Under the pieces are notes generated by a model that saw only the letters and a program-made list of their open reading frames with translations, was not told the DNA's origin and made no database searches. DNA of 34,536 nucleotides from assembly GCA_016780745.1 (NCBI GenBank), contig JADHLJ010000001.1, forward strand, positions 1 to 34,536, written 5' to 3'. The position numbers were made by a program, and so were the translations under genes. Source of the DNA: Alphaproteobacteria bacterium. GTDB taxonomy: Bacteria > Pseudomonadota > Alphaproteobacteria > Thalassobaculales > Thalassobaculaceae. Shown here in pieces: positions 12,547 through 21,637 of the stretch. The first letter of the stretch is position 1, and each line of letters starts with the position of its first letter.

Positions 12547-12960
12547 ATGGCCGACACAACGATGTTCGAGCTGGTCTCGCCCGAGCGCCTGCTGATGTCC
12601 AAGGAAGTCAGCATGGTGGTGGTGCCCGGTGCCGACGGGTTCTTCGGCGTCCTGCCGCGTCACTCACCGCTGCTGTCCACCTTGTTGCCCGGTGTAATCG
12701 ACGTCTATGAGGACGGTTCGGTGACGGACCGGATCTTCGTCGCCGGTGGTTTCGCCGAGGTGACCGAGGACCGCTGCACCGTGCTGGCCGAGGAGGCGAC
12801 CCAGGTCGCCGAACTCGACATCGAGGCGGCCGAGGGCCGGCTGTCGGACCTGCGGGACGAACTGAAGGACGCCACGGGCTCCGAAGCGGACCGACTGACT
12901 CGACGCATCGCCGAGTCCGAAACCGTTCTCGTGGCCATGCGCGCGGCCAAAAACGGCTGA
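12547..12960 (+). CDS. atpC: F1 ATP synthase subunit epsilon
   Basis: 137 aa, last gene of the atpHAGDC order. It has the typical N-terminal beta-sandwich sequence (FELVSPERLL...VVVPGADGFFGVLPRHSPLL). Confidence 0.93.
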   Translation: MADTTMFELVSPERLLMSKEVSMVVVPGADGFFGVLPRHSPLLSTLLPGVIDVYEDGSVTDRIFVAGGFAEVTEDRCTVLAEEATQVAELDIEAAEGRLSDLRDELKDATGSEADRLTRRIAESETVLVAMRAAKNG

Positions 12961-13150
12961 CGAGTGGTCCTCGCGACCGAGATAGCCTGAAATCCAAACT
13001 TCCATGGCGGCGTAACGGGGCCCGTAACGTCTGTCCGGGACGGTTGCGCGATTTTTGCGTCCGTTGCTCGGCGCCGCCGATTGGAATTTAGCCAGCCGAA
13101 CTGCCATAGTGATCTATCGCGGGGTTATTTGGTGGCGATCCGGTCCAGGC

Positions 13151-16100
13151 ATGAGAGTTGTCGCGCGCGTTTTCATTTTCTTGATCGTCCTTGGGTTCCT
13201 GCTGGGACCCGCGATCTATCTGGCGCGCGACTCCCTAGCGCCGATGGTGGTTTCCCTGTTCGCGAGAACCGGGTTGGGGATCGATGATCTGGGCGATCCG
13301 CGTTTTCGTATCACCCATATAGGACCCAATGGGCTAACCCTCGAGGGTTTGGCCATGGCCGGAGATCTGGTCGAGGCGGATAGTGTCAGCGCCACGTTCG
13401 ATCTCACCGAACTGTCCAAGGGTCGCTTACGGACCCTCGCGATCCGTGGACTGACCATTCGAGCCCGCCTCCAGGATGGCAAGCTCAGTCTTGGCTCCAT
13501 TGAACTACCGCGCCATTCGGAGTCGAAGGAGAAAGCCGAACCTCCTAAGCCGAACCAGTTTCCACTGGATCACCTGGTCCTTGAGGATGTTCGGGTGGTT
13601 GTTACGACGGACACCGATACGATCGAGTTGGCCGGAGACATCGATGTCCACCGAAGCGCTAACGGATCACTTGATTGGTCGGGGGATTTGAGCGCGGGGC
13701 TGTCGAGCGCGCTATTGGGCGGTGGTAAGGCCAAGTTCGGCCTTGTCCTCGACGGAAGCTTGAGCGTGGCGGGTGATATCATCACAACACTCGACCTGAA
13801 ACACGGGGAGGCGCGGTTCCGAGACCTGTCTCTCGCTTCGGCCCGCGGCGGAATTCGCGGCCGGCTGCCTTTCGGCGCGGATCCGACGGTCCGCGCGACG
13901 CTTTCGTTTGACGACGTCGCGGCGCGGAGGATCGTTATTCCTCGACTTTCTCTCGATGTCCATGGACAGGGTCGGTCCGGGACGGTTTCGGCGGTTATTG
14001 GTGATCCGTCATCGGGGGCAAGGGCCTACACAATCGTTGGCGATATCAGCCATGATGAGAACGACCACGCGAAAGTCGCATTTTCCGGGTCGGGCGCGCT
14101 GGGGGTCCTGCATGACTTGTTGGGACCGGCTCTGGGCTCGCCCATACGCGGGATCCGAGGTGACTTGGCATTCAATGGTGAGGTCGGTTTTCGGGGCGCG
14201 ATTGATGACTTCGTTGCGCATCCGGAGAAGGGGTTGGCACAAGCGGTGGGCAGTGGCGCCGCGAAAGTAGCGGTATCGTCCATCGATGTCGGGGGAAATC
14301 CCCACGCCTTGGATATCCGGGGTGGCGTCACGGCCGTCATGGCGCCCGGGTTAATGGAAATAAGGCTGACGGAGAGATCGCGCGCGAGGATACCTAAATC
14401 CACGTCGCGGGTGATCGCGGAATCAGTGCCGCGGATTGTTCAGCCCTGGTTGGTAGGGGGTGCTTCCATCGATTTCGGCTTCGATGACGAGCCGCTTGCT
14501 ATTCTTGCCTCGTTTGGTGGAGAGTCGCCGAAGCTCCGGTTCTCCGGCGGAGCCCGAGCAAGGTTGGGTGGGGGAGGCGTGATTTCGCTCGGTGGAACAG
14601 CAACGGTGGGACCGCCGTCAATCGGCGGCGGTGGGATTTGGAACGCGACTTTCGAGGGCTTGATCTTGCGGGCGGGTGGTCTCGAGGTTGATGGCCATCG
14701 GCTGACGCAAGGCGAGGCCGTCCTCGGTGGCAGGGCCGGGCCGGACGGCATTGCGGGAAGGTTTTCCATCAAGGGGGACGCGACGTTCAGCGATAACGTG
14801 CCCCTGGCGGGGACGACGATACATCTCGATGGCAAACTAGTGAGCGCTGGGCATGAGACCCAAGTCTCCTTGGAGCGCGCTGGCGCAACGCCGCGGCCGC
14901 GGGGGGGCGACGGTGGCGGTTTCACGCTTCTCGAACCCGTTGAGATCTCACAGGCGCCAGGGTTCTCGAGCGTCATCGTTGTCTCCCACGCTAGCGACGG
15001 CCCGCTCCCGCGCTCCTTCGAGACAGCCTGGGAGGTAGGGGTAGTTACGCTCGGGCGACCCGATGACGGCATCGCGAAGGCTGTTAAGCTTGATATCGGT
15101 CGTATCGGTGCGACGTTCGCCAACGCCACGAGCGGCGGCGATGGGCGCTTTGTCTTGAAGCTTGATGGCGCGCGGGTAGATGCCGCGGGTATAGCCGTTC
15201 AGCTCTCGGATTTGATCATAAACGCGGGCTTCAAGGCAGGTGATATTCTCGACGGCCTCACATCCATCGATTCCGCCATTGCCAAGATCGCGTCGATCGT
15301 CGCCCCCCCATGGATCGCGCCTTTGGCATTCAAAATGTCCGGGCAACGCCGGGGACCGGCCCGAGCCCTGGATTTGCAAGGCTCGGTCACCGGCATGACA
15401 TCGTCGCTCGAAATCCCGTTTTCCGGGACGATCCAGTTGAACGATGGTTCTGGCCGCCTTGAGATTGACAAAACCTGGTTGACCTTCGGCCCCGAGGCTT
15501 TGTCCTTAGCGGCCTTGTCGCCGGCATTTTCAACGCATGTGGAGACCATGACGGGCCGGGTCGGGCTGTCGGGGCATGTTGCCTGGCCCGCCGTCGCCGA
15601 TGCGGACGCGGAACGTCTGACAGTTGACGTGGAAGCACTGTCGATGACCGGGACGGGGCTCAGCGTGGAGAACGCCGAGGGTAGCATCTCGTTCTCGAAC
15701 ATCATGCCGTTGCGAAGCGATGGCGTGGGGACGCTATCAATGGATATGCTGGGTGTCGGCGTTCCGATCCCCCGGCCCCGCCTGGAGGTCTCGATCGATG
15801 ACTTGGACGGGATCATGTTGCGGAAGGCTTCGGGCGGGTTCGCGGGCGGGCGGATTTCCACCCGGGATGTCCAAGTTGCGTTTGACGGACCGACAAGCAT
15901 GACGGTCGAGGCGGAAGGCGTGGACGCCGCCGCTATTACATCGATGTTGAAGGTCAAGGGGCTGGCCGCCGAAGGATCGCTTTCGGGGGAGCTCCCGGTC
16001 ACCTGGACGCCTGGCCTGGGGGTTTCGATCATTGACGCGCGCCTGTCCGCCGACGGTCCCGGTAGGGTTCGCTACGAGGCCGGAGGGAAGGACGAGGCGC

Positions 16101-16378
16101 TCAGACAGTCCGGGGAACAGGTCGGTTTGATGTTGGACGCGCTCTCGGATTTTCGATTCAAGACATTGGAGATGGGGCTCGCCGGTACACCGGGCTCCGG
16201 TTTCCAGGTTGACCTTGCCCTGGAGGGCGCGAACCCCAACCTCTATGATGGGTATCCGGTCCGATTCAATCTGGATCTGGCTGGGCAGCTTGATGATATC
16301 ATCAAGACCGGTTATCGAACCTACACGCTCCCTGACCGGGTGCGGGATGCCGTTTTGCGAGGCGAGGCTAATGATTAG
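13151..16378 (+). CDS. ydbH: YdbH-like AsmA-family giant envelope protein (intermembrane lipid transport family)
   Basis: The track ORF is 13055..16378 and begins at a TTG. The ATG at 13151 gives an N-terminal membrane anchor, MRVVARVFIFLIVLGFLLGPAIYLA. The body is long, Gly/Ala-rich and predicted beta-rich. The C-terminal region ...LDALSDFRFKTLEMGLAGTPGSGFQVDLALEGANPNLYDGYPVRFNLDL... resembles the YdbH C-terminal domain. It is followed by ynbE-like and ydbL-like genes, as in E. coli. Confidence 0.75.
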   Translation: MRVVARVFIFLIVLGFLLGPAIYLARDSLAPMVVSLFARTGLGIDDLGDPRFRITHIGPNGLTLEGLAMAGDLVEADSVSATFDLTELSKGRLRTLAIRGLTIRARLQDGKLSLGSIELPRHSESKEKAEPPKPNQFPLDHLVLEDVRVVVTTDTDTIELAGDIDVHRSANGSLDWSGDLSAGLSSALLGGGKAKFGLVLDGSLSVAGDIITTLDLKHGEARFRDLSLASARGGIRGRLPFGADPTVRATLSFDDVAARRIVIPRLSLDVHGQGRSGTVSAVIGDPSSGARAYTIVGDISHDENDHAKVAFSGSGALGVLHDLLGPALGSPIRGIRGDLAFNGEVGFRGAIDDFVAHPEKGLAQAVGSGAAKVAVSSIDVGGNPHALDIRGGVTAVMAPGLMEIRLTERSRARIPKSTSRVIAESVPRIVQPWLVGGASIDFGFDDEPLAILASFGGESPKLRFSGGARARLGGGGVISLGGTATVGPPSIGGGGIWNATFEGLILRAGGLEVDGHRLTQGEAVLGGRAGPDGIAGRFSIKGDATFSDNVPLAGTTIHLDGKLVSAGHETQVSLERAGATPRPRGGDGGGFTLLEPVEISQAPGFSSVIVVSHASDGPLPRSFETAWEVGVVTLGRPDDGIAKAVKLDIGRIGATFANATSGGDGRFVLKLDGARVDAAGIAVQLSDLIINAGFKAGDILDGLTSIDSAIAKIASIVAPPWIAPLAFKMSGQRRGPARALDLQGSVTGMTSSLEIPFSGTIQLNDGSGRLEIDKTWLTFGPEALSLAALSPAFSTHVETMTGRVGLSGHVAWPAVADADAERLTVDVEALSMTGTGLSVENAEGSISFSNIMPLRSDGVGTLSMDMLGVGVPIPRPRLEVSIDDLDGIMLRKASGGFAGGRISTRDVQVAFDGPTSMTVEAEGVDAAAITSMLKVKGLAAEGSLSGELPVTWTPGLGVSIIDARLSADGPGRVRYEAGGKDEALRQSGEQVGLMLDALSDFRFKTLEMGLAGTPGSGFQVDLALEGANPNLYDGYPVRFNLDLAGQLDDIIKTGYRTYTLPDRVRDAVLRGEAND

Positions 16379-16565
16379 ACCAGCGATGATCGCGATGATA
16401 GGCGTTCTCTCCTTGGCGGGAGCGGCGTGCTCGCCCTCGGTTAAGATCGAGGCGCCGGACAAGCCGATCGTCATAAATCTCAATGTGAAGATCGAGCAGG
16501 AAGTTCGGGTTCGGGTCGAGAAGGACCTGGAATCGTTGTTTGACTCGAAGGATAAGATCTTTTGA
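16371..16565 (+). CDS. ynbE: YnbE-like small lipoprotein
   Basis: 64 aa: MIRPAMIAMIGVLSLAGAAC|SPSVKIEAPDKPIVINLNVKIEQEVRVRVEKDLESLF. It has a signal peptide with a lipobox-like AGAAC, and the conserved KIE.PDKPI.IN.NVKIE core of the YnbE family. The ATG overlaps the ydbH 3' end by 8 nt. Confidence 0.75.
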   Translation: MIRPAMIAMIGVLSLAGAACSPSVKIEAPDKPIVINLNVKIEQEVRVRVEKDLESLFDSKDKIF

Positions 16566-16606
16566 TCGTGTCTCACCATGCGGTTTCACGACCGGGGGGA
16601 ACTCAG

Positions 16607-16990
16607 ATGTTGCGAATTCCAAACCGACGAGATCGGGGTTTAGGAATCTGGAGCGCGCGGTTGCTCGCGCTCATGCTGATGGCCGTGGTATCAGGCTTCG
16701 CGTTCTCGGCGCCGGCGAACGCGCTTTCGCTTGATGAAGCCCGCGCGCAAGGCCTGATTGGCGAGCAGCCGAACGGATATCTCGGGCTGGTGCCAGGGCA
16801 ATCCAACGCACGGGCCGCGACGCTGGTCGAGCAGATCAACGCTAAACGTCGCGCCGCCTATCAATCAGTGGCGGACAGCAACGGCACGACTTTGAAGTCG
16901 GTCGAAGCACTGGCCGGAAGCAAACTAATTGGTCGGCTCCAACCCGGGCAATGGTTTCGGGACCAGGGCGGTCAATGGCGACGCCGCTGA
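16607..16990 (+). CDS. ydbL: YdbL-like periplasmic protein (DUF1318)
   Basis: The track ORF is 16562..16990. The ATG at 16607 is preceded by a gggggga SD. There is a signal peptide ending SAPANA|LSL. The mature part LDEARAQGLIGEQPNGYLGLV...INAKRRAAYQSVADSNGTTL matches the DUF1318 pattern. Confidence 0.75.
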   Translation: MLRIPNRRDRGLGIWSARLLALMLMAVVSGFAFSAPANALSLDEARAQGLIGEQPNGYLGLVPGQSNARAATLVEQINAKRRAAYQSVADSNGTTLKSVEALAGSKLIGRLQPGQWFRDQGGQWRRR

Positions 16991-18285
16991 CCGGTTGACG
17001 TATCAACCGACGTTATTCGGCCGTAGCGCGCGACATAGGCTTTAAGCTCCTTGGCGACCGCGGCGATGACATTGCGCCAGCTCGCTTCGTCGCCGCCAGC
17101 GCCGTCGGCTTCGGTCATCCGGAACAGCCGCATGGTTGGATACCAGGGCGTGTCGTCCCGCTCCAATAACCAACGCCAGTCCGAATGCCGTCCGAGGAGC
17201 AGCCAGACCGGCTTGCCCATCGCTCCCGCGAGATGGGCAACAGACGTATCGACCGCGATTACAAGGTCGAGGCCGGCGATGACATCGGCGGTATCCGCGA
17301 AATCACGGACCTTGTCACCTAGCGGGGTGACGTTCGACCAAGGTCCCGGCTTGGTACCTGGTCGCCAGCCATATTGAAGGCTTTGAAAGTTCGGTCCTGG
17401 TATCTCAAGGAGCGGTGTCAGGGCGACCTGGGGACAGGACCGCCATTCGTCGCGGGTATTGTCGGGTGTTCCAGCCCATACCAGTCCGACCCGGGGAGGG
17501 TCGGTTGGAGGCCGCCGCGCGGGCGAGGAGAGCGCGTTTAGATACGGAACATCGTCCGGAATCGTTTCGGGTCCCGTGGCGAAGCGGTGCGGCAGGCTCA
17601 TGATCAAGCAGGTGGTATCAAATTCCGGCTGAGCCCCGGTTGAGACGTTATCGATCCATGGCACGGCGGCGAAGAGCCGTGCCAACGTCGGCTGACAATG
17701 CACATAGACGGTCATGCCGGCTTCGGTGAGCGGCCGCGCGTAGCGAATGAATTGGATTGCGTCTCCCGCGCCTTGTTCGGCGATCAGAAGGATGCGTTGG
17801 CCGGGGATGCGTTGACCGTCCCATACCACGCGATGCAGGTCACGCATCTGGGCGGTAAATTCACGGCAAGACTCACGGGTTTCGTATAGCGGCCAGGCAT
17901 TGGTCCAATCACCGGCTTGAAGCATCGCGAGCGATAAACCCGTCATGATCTCCGGACGTGCCTGGTCCAGGCATAGCGCTCTTCGATAGGTGGTGATCGC
18001 GGATGCTGCGTTGTCGAAACTGAATTCGGCGTTGCCGAAATTGTAATAGATCGCGGCGGCTTCGGGCTGAAGCACGAGGGCGCGGCGAAAAGCACGGGTC
18101 ATTCTCTCGCGATTGCCGAGGCCTCGCAGTGATTGGCCTAGCCCCATATAGACCCGAGCGTCGCGCGGGAAGCGCAAGGCAAGCAGGCGATGGCATTGCA
18201 CAGCCTTGTGATGTGCTCGCGCCGCCATGAGTTTTCGGCCCATGGCTAGGCCGTCTTCGAGAGTTCGCCCGCTACCGATCGCCAT
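16972..18285 (-). CDS. TPR-repeat protein fused to a GT9 (heptosyltransferase-like) GT-B domain, paralogue 1
   Basis: 437 aa. The N-terminal part has TPR-like repeats (YMGLGQSLRGLGNRERMTRAFRRALVLQPEAAAIYYNFGNAEF...). The C-terminal part reads WDGQRIPGQRILLIAEQGAGDAIQFIRYA...DTSVAHLAGAMGKPVWLLLGRHSDWRWLLERDDTPWYPTMRLFR, like the LPS heptosyltransferase (GT9) C-terminal nucleotide-sugar domain. It starts 14 nt after the MFP stop. Confidence 0.75.
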   Translation of the reverse strand: MAIGSGRTLEDGLAMGRKLMAARAHHKAVQCHRLLALRFPRDARVYMGLGQSLRGLGNRERMTRAFRRALVLQPEAAAIYYNFGNAEFSFDNAASAITTYRRALCLDQARPEIMTGLSLAMLQAGDWTNAWPLYETRESCREFTAQMRDLHRVVWDGQRIPGQRILLIAEQGAGDAIQFIRYARPLTEAGMTVYVHCQPTLARLFAAVPWIDNVSTGAQPEFDTTCLIMSLPHRFATGPETIPDDVPYLNALSSPARRPPTDPPRVGLVWAGTPDNTRDEWRSCPQVALTPLLEIPGPNFQSLQYGWRPGTKPGPWSNVTPLGDKVRDFADTADVIAGLDLVIAVDTSVAHLAGAMGKPVWLLLGRHSDWRWLLERDDTPWYPTMRLFRMTEADGAGGDEASWRNVIAAVAKELKAYVARYGRITSVDTSTGQRRRH

Positions 18286-18299
18286 GATTTCTGATGGCC

Positions 18300-19658
18300 T
18301 CAGGGTTCCCGCAAGGCCATCTGGAAACTCGCTATCATCGGGGTCATCAGATAACTGAGCAGCGTCTGCTCACCGACCGCGATTAAGCCGGATGCCGGCA
18401 TTCCAGAGGTAAGTTGTTGATCACCGATGGCTTTTCTAAGGGACTCTTGATCCAACCGGACTGTCACGCCGTATAGCGGTCTTCCCTTGGCGGTGGGCAT
18501 CGTGGTCGGCGTAATGCTGACCAATTGCCCGTCAACGGGCGGGGTCAATCGTGGATTGAAGGCGGTTAGCCGCACCTTGACCATCGCACCGGTTTTAACT
18601 TGTTCGATATCCTTGGATTTTAATTTGCCCTTAAGAACCATCTCCTCGTTCTGGGGGACAATTTCCATCAAGACCTGCCCACCGGAAACGACTTGTCCTT
18701 CGTTTCTAATCTGCAGGTTCATCACCCGTCCATTCGCGGGGGCTTTTACGTCGATCCGAGACTTCTGGTCCGCCAGAACTCCAACATTCTCGCGACGTCG
18801 CGCAATCTCGGGATCGAGCTGATTTAAACGGCCGAGATTCCTAGTTCTCTCGGATTGTAATCGGGCCTCAATCGCCAGCCTACGCTCACCCAGTTTTTGA
18901 TTGATTTGGGCAATTGCCTCTCCGATGGTGCCTTGTTGACCGAGCAGTCCGGTTCTGGCGCGTTTAATCGCCAGGAGGCGCGATTTCGTCGTGAGCCGTT
19001 TGTCGTAAAGTTGCTGAACGGACGCGAGTTCCTCATCGATCAAGGCGAGAGAGTCTTCGACGGTCTTCATCCTGATATCGTATGAACGAAGCTCGGTCTC
19101 GATTTGCGCGATTTGTTCAAACTGAATTTCCAGGGTCTTTGCCTTGCTGGTGCGCAACTCTTCAAAAAGTTTCACCTCGCTGTCGATAATTTTCCCGTAG
19201 ACGGGATTTTTCCGTGCTTGGGTTAACTCGGCATCCAGAGACAGGGCCGTCTCGTCGGCGAGCTCGGCATGCACTCTCGCTCGTTCCGCCAACAATGATA
19301 CCAGCGAAGATTCTTGAGCCAGGGCCTGTGCATCCGTGCGAAGCGGGTCCAGGCGCGCGAGAACTTGTCCTCGCGAGATTCGTTCCCCGTCGCGCACGAG
19401 GATCTCGCGTACTAATCCACCTTCAAGATGCTGGACTGTCTTGACCCCGGAATCGACTTCAATGGACCCAGCCACATTGACACCGCTCGCCAAGGGCGCG
19501 AAGGCGGCCCACCCGCCCAAGCCGCCAAAGAACAACAAAATGATGGTGTAGCCGAATGCACTTGCTCCCGCCCATGTTGGTTTTCCAGGGCGATCCGTCA
19601 AGGAAACGGATAAGGGGCGACCGGGTAGGGTTTGTTGATCTACGGTTTGAAGGGACAT
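18300..19658 (-). CDS. Type I secretion membrane fusion protein (HlyD family)
   Basis: 452 aa. It has a single N-terminal TM helix (FGYTIILLFFGGLGGWAAFAPL), a long coiled-coil middle region, and a C-terminal beta-barrel/lipoyl-like region ending LLSYLMTPM. The ATG lies 7 nt after the ABC gene stop. Confidence 0.9.
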   Translation of the reverse strand: MSLQTVDQQTLPGRPLSVSLTDRPGKPTWAGASAFGYTIILLFFGGLGGWAAFAPLASGVNVAGSIEVDSGVKTVQHLEGGLVREILVRDGERISRGQVLARLDPLRTDAQALAQESSLVSLLAERARVHAELADETALSLDAELTQARKNPVYGKIIDSEVKLFEELRTSKAKTLEIQFEQIAQIETELRSYDIRMKTVEDSLALIDEELASVQQLYDKRLTTKSRLLAIKRARTGLLGQQGTIGEAIAQINQKLGERRLAIEARLQSERTRNLGRLNQLDPEIARRRENVGVLADQKSRIDVKAPANGRVMNLQIRNEGQVVSGGQVLMEIVPQNEEMVLKGKLKSKDIEQVKTGAMVKVRLTAFNPRLTPPVDGQLVSITPTTMPTAKGRPLYGVTVRLDQESLRKAIGDQQLTSGMPASGLIAVGEQTLLSYLMTPMIASFQMALREP

Positions 19659-19665
19659 CGGTCAC

Positions 19666-21435
19666 TCACGCGTTAGCTGGACTGGTTACGACGTTGATTG
19701 CTCGATCGTCGGGCTGTTTGCTTCCACCGCCGCCGCCAAGAATTGGAAGCATCTCTTCCCTAGGGCCGATGCGCTGAATTTTACCATCCACCAGCACCAT
19801 TACATAGTCCAGGACCTTTAGGATATTTGGTCTGTGCAAGATCAAAACGACGGTTACGCCGCGCCGCTTTAACTCTTCAATCGCCGCCGCGAGCGCTTCT
19901 TCGCCATGGGCGTCGAGATTGGCGTTCGGTTCGTCCAAAACCACGAGCTTTACATCGCCATAGAGCGCGCGGGCCAAGCCAACACGCTGCATCTGCCCCC
20001 CCGACAATAGCGTGCCACCATTGCCGACAACGGTCTGATAGCCTTGGGGCATGAACTTGACCATCGTGTCGACATTGGCGAGACGGGCGGCGTCCAGGAT
20101 TCTTTCGCTGGTCCAGTCGTCGGCTTGTCGCGCGATATTGTCGCGTACCGTTCCGCCGAATAACTCAACATCCTGAGGCAGATAGCCGATATGGGCGCCG
20201 AGGTCGACCGATGGCCATTCATGTAGATGCGAGCCATCGAGTTTCACGGATCCGGCGCTTGGTCGATCGAGGCCCACGAGAAGTCGGGCCAAGGTCGACT
20301 TGCCGGAAGCGGAAGGACCGACGATCCCCAAGGACTCTCCGGGCTTCAGCGAAAAGTCGATGTCTTTCAAAACTGGTTCAGGCGCCGAGGGAGGATGGAA
20401 ATTCAATCCTTCAACCTTCAGTTCCCCTTGGGGGGCGGGCGGCGTTTCTTGCTGGGCCGGTGTCCGCGCGGCGGCCTGTCGCAGCGCCGCCGACAAGGCC
20501 TTGTAATCACCTATCGCTTCGTTGATCGGCGCCCAGCCGGTGACCAGAAACTGCACCGGCATTAGGACACGCCCCACGAGGATGACCGATGCCATCATTG
20601 CACCGCGTGACAAATTGGTGTCGGGGTGGATGATCAGGATCGCGCAAACGGTCATGATTGCCATCATCGAGCCGAACTGCATGGTTTTGCCGACCGCCGC
20701 CATCAGTCCCATGCGTCTCGTGAAGATCGCGAGCCTATCGAGAGCGACATCGTTGTCCTGCTCCCAACGGCGCCCGACCCGTGCGCCCATCCCCATGGCT
20801 TCGATGACGTCGGCGTTGCGCAGGCTTACCTCGGCCTTGCGATTGGACTCGCCCATCGCGGCCAGGCCGACCTCGCGAACCGGACCGGTCGCCCATTTGT
20901 TGGCGAGCGCTAGGAAGAGAATGAACACGGCGATCGTCGTGGCGGCGACGCCGATCCAGAACTGTAAGAAGAAAAGAAATGCCAGAAATAACGGCACCCA
21001 CGGTAGGTCCATGACCATGAAGATTTGTTCGCCGGCTAGGAAGTTCCGGAGGGAATCCATGCGGCTCAGAAGTTCCGTGTCACGTCTTGATCCACGCGCC
21101 GTGGCGTTGCGCAAGGAAAGCGCGAAAATTTTTCGCCCGATCTGGTGGGCGATCCATGAACTTACACGCACGAACAAATAGGTGCGCGCGATATCAATCA
21201 CGGCCTGGATAAGAAGGGCGGATAACGCGAAGAGCGCCAGGAACGTGAGGGTAAACTGGTTGCCACCACCGCCCAAGACACGGTCGAAAAGCGAGAACAT
21301 ATAGACAGGCATGACCAATATGAGGGCATTGACGAAAAAGCTGAAGATCGCGGCGGTCGCGAACGCCCCGCGCGCCGCCCACAGCATCTCCTTCAGGGGA
21401 TCGCCACCTGACGCGGTCTTGGTTCCTGCGGCCAT
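19666..21435 (-). CDS. Type I secretion system permease/ATPase (PrtD/AprD/RsaD type, no C39 peptidase or CLD domain)
   Basis: 589 aa. It has an N-terminal 6-TM domain (FSFFVNALILVMPVYMFSLFDRVL), Walker A GPSASGKST, ABC signature LSGGQMQR and Walker B LVVLDEPNANLD. An AGGTGA SD lies 5 nt upstream of the ATG. Confidence 0.92.
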   Translation of the reverse strand: MAAGTKTASGGDPLKEMLWAARGAFATAAIFSFFVNALILVMPVYMFSLFDRVLGGGGNQFTLTFLALFALSALLIQAVIDIARTYLFVRVSSWIAHQIGRKIFALSLRNATARGSRRDTELLSRMDSLRNFLAGEQIFMVMDLPWVPLFLAFLFFLQFWIGVAATTIAVFILFLALANKWATGPVREVGLAAMGESNRKAEVSLRNADVIEAMGMGARVGRRWEQDNDVALDRLAIFTRRMGLMAAVGKTMQFGSMMAIMTVCAILIIHPDTNLSRGAMMASVILVGRVLMPVQFLVTGWAPINEAIGDYKALSAALRQAAARTPAQQETPPAPQGELKVEGLNFHPPSAPEPVLKDIDFSLKPGESLGIVGPSASGKSTLARLLVGLDRPSAGSVKLDGSHLHEWPSVDLGAHIGYLPQDVELFGGTVRDNIARQADDWTSERILDAARLANVDTMVKFMPQGYQTVVGNGGTLLSGGQMQRVGLARALYGDVKLVVLDEPNANLDAHGEEALAAAIEELKRRGVTVVLILHRPNILKVLDYVMVLVDGKIQRIGPREEMLPILGGGGGSKQPDDRAINVVTSPANA

Positions 21436-21564
21436 TGAATCACCTGAGTCAAACCAGCCTCTTCGCTAGAGGCCATGAATTCGCTTATTTGAGCCACCGG
21501 GCCGACGCATACGCGCGATACGACGTTATATCGTCGCCCGCTTGTCGGTAATGGTGCATCGTGT

Positions 21565-21594
21565 TTGACGACCCACCACGGTCGACCTTATTTA
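21565..21594 (+). promoter_or_regulatory. Candidate sigma-70-type promoter for the rightward glycosyltransferase genes
   Basis: TTGACG (21565-21570), an 18-nt spacer, then TATTTA (21589-21594). It sits in the 200-nt divergent intergenic region between the T1SS ABC gene and the GT4 gene. This is a pattern match only. Confidence 0.25.
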
Positions 21595-21637
21595 GGCTTT
21601 CCAGGGGATTGCCGCAAATGAATTCGGTATCCGCCGA

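Noticed and set aside
12961-13150. Terminator after atpC (T-run at 13052-13056)
   Set aside because: The preceding sequence forms no stable stem (gtccgggac would leave a 1-nt loop), so I could not support an intrinsic terminator.
13216-16579. Minus-strand ORFs inside ydbH (for example 14440..15129, 15199..16032, 15737..16579)
   Set aside because: They are shadow frames of a long GC-rich gene, with no start context or motifs.
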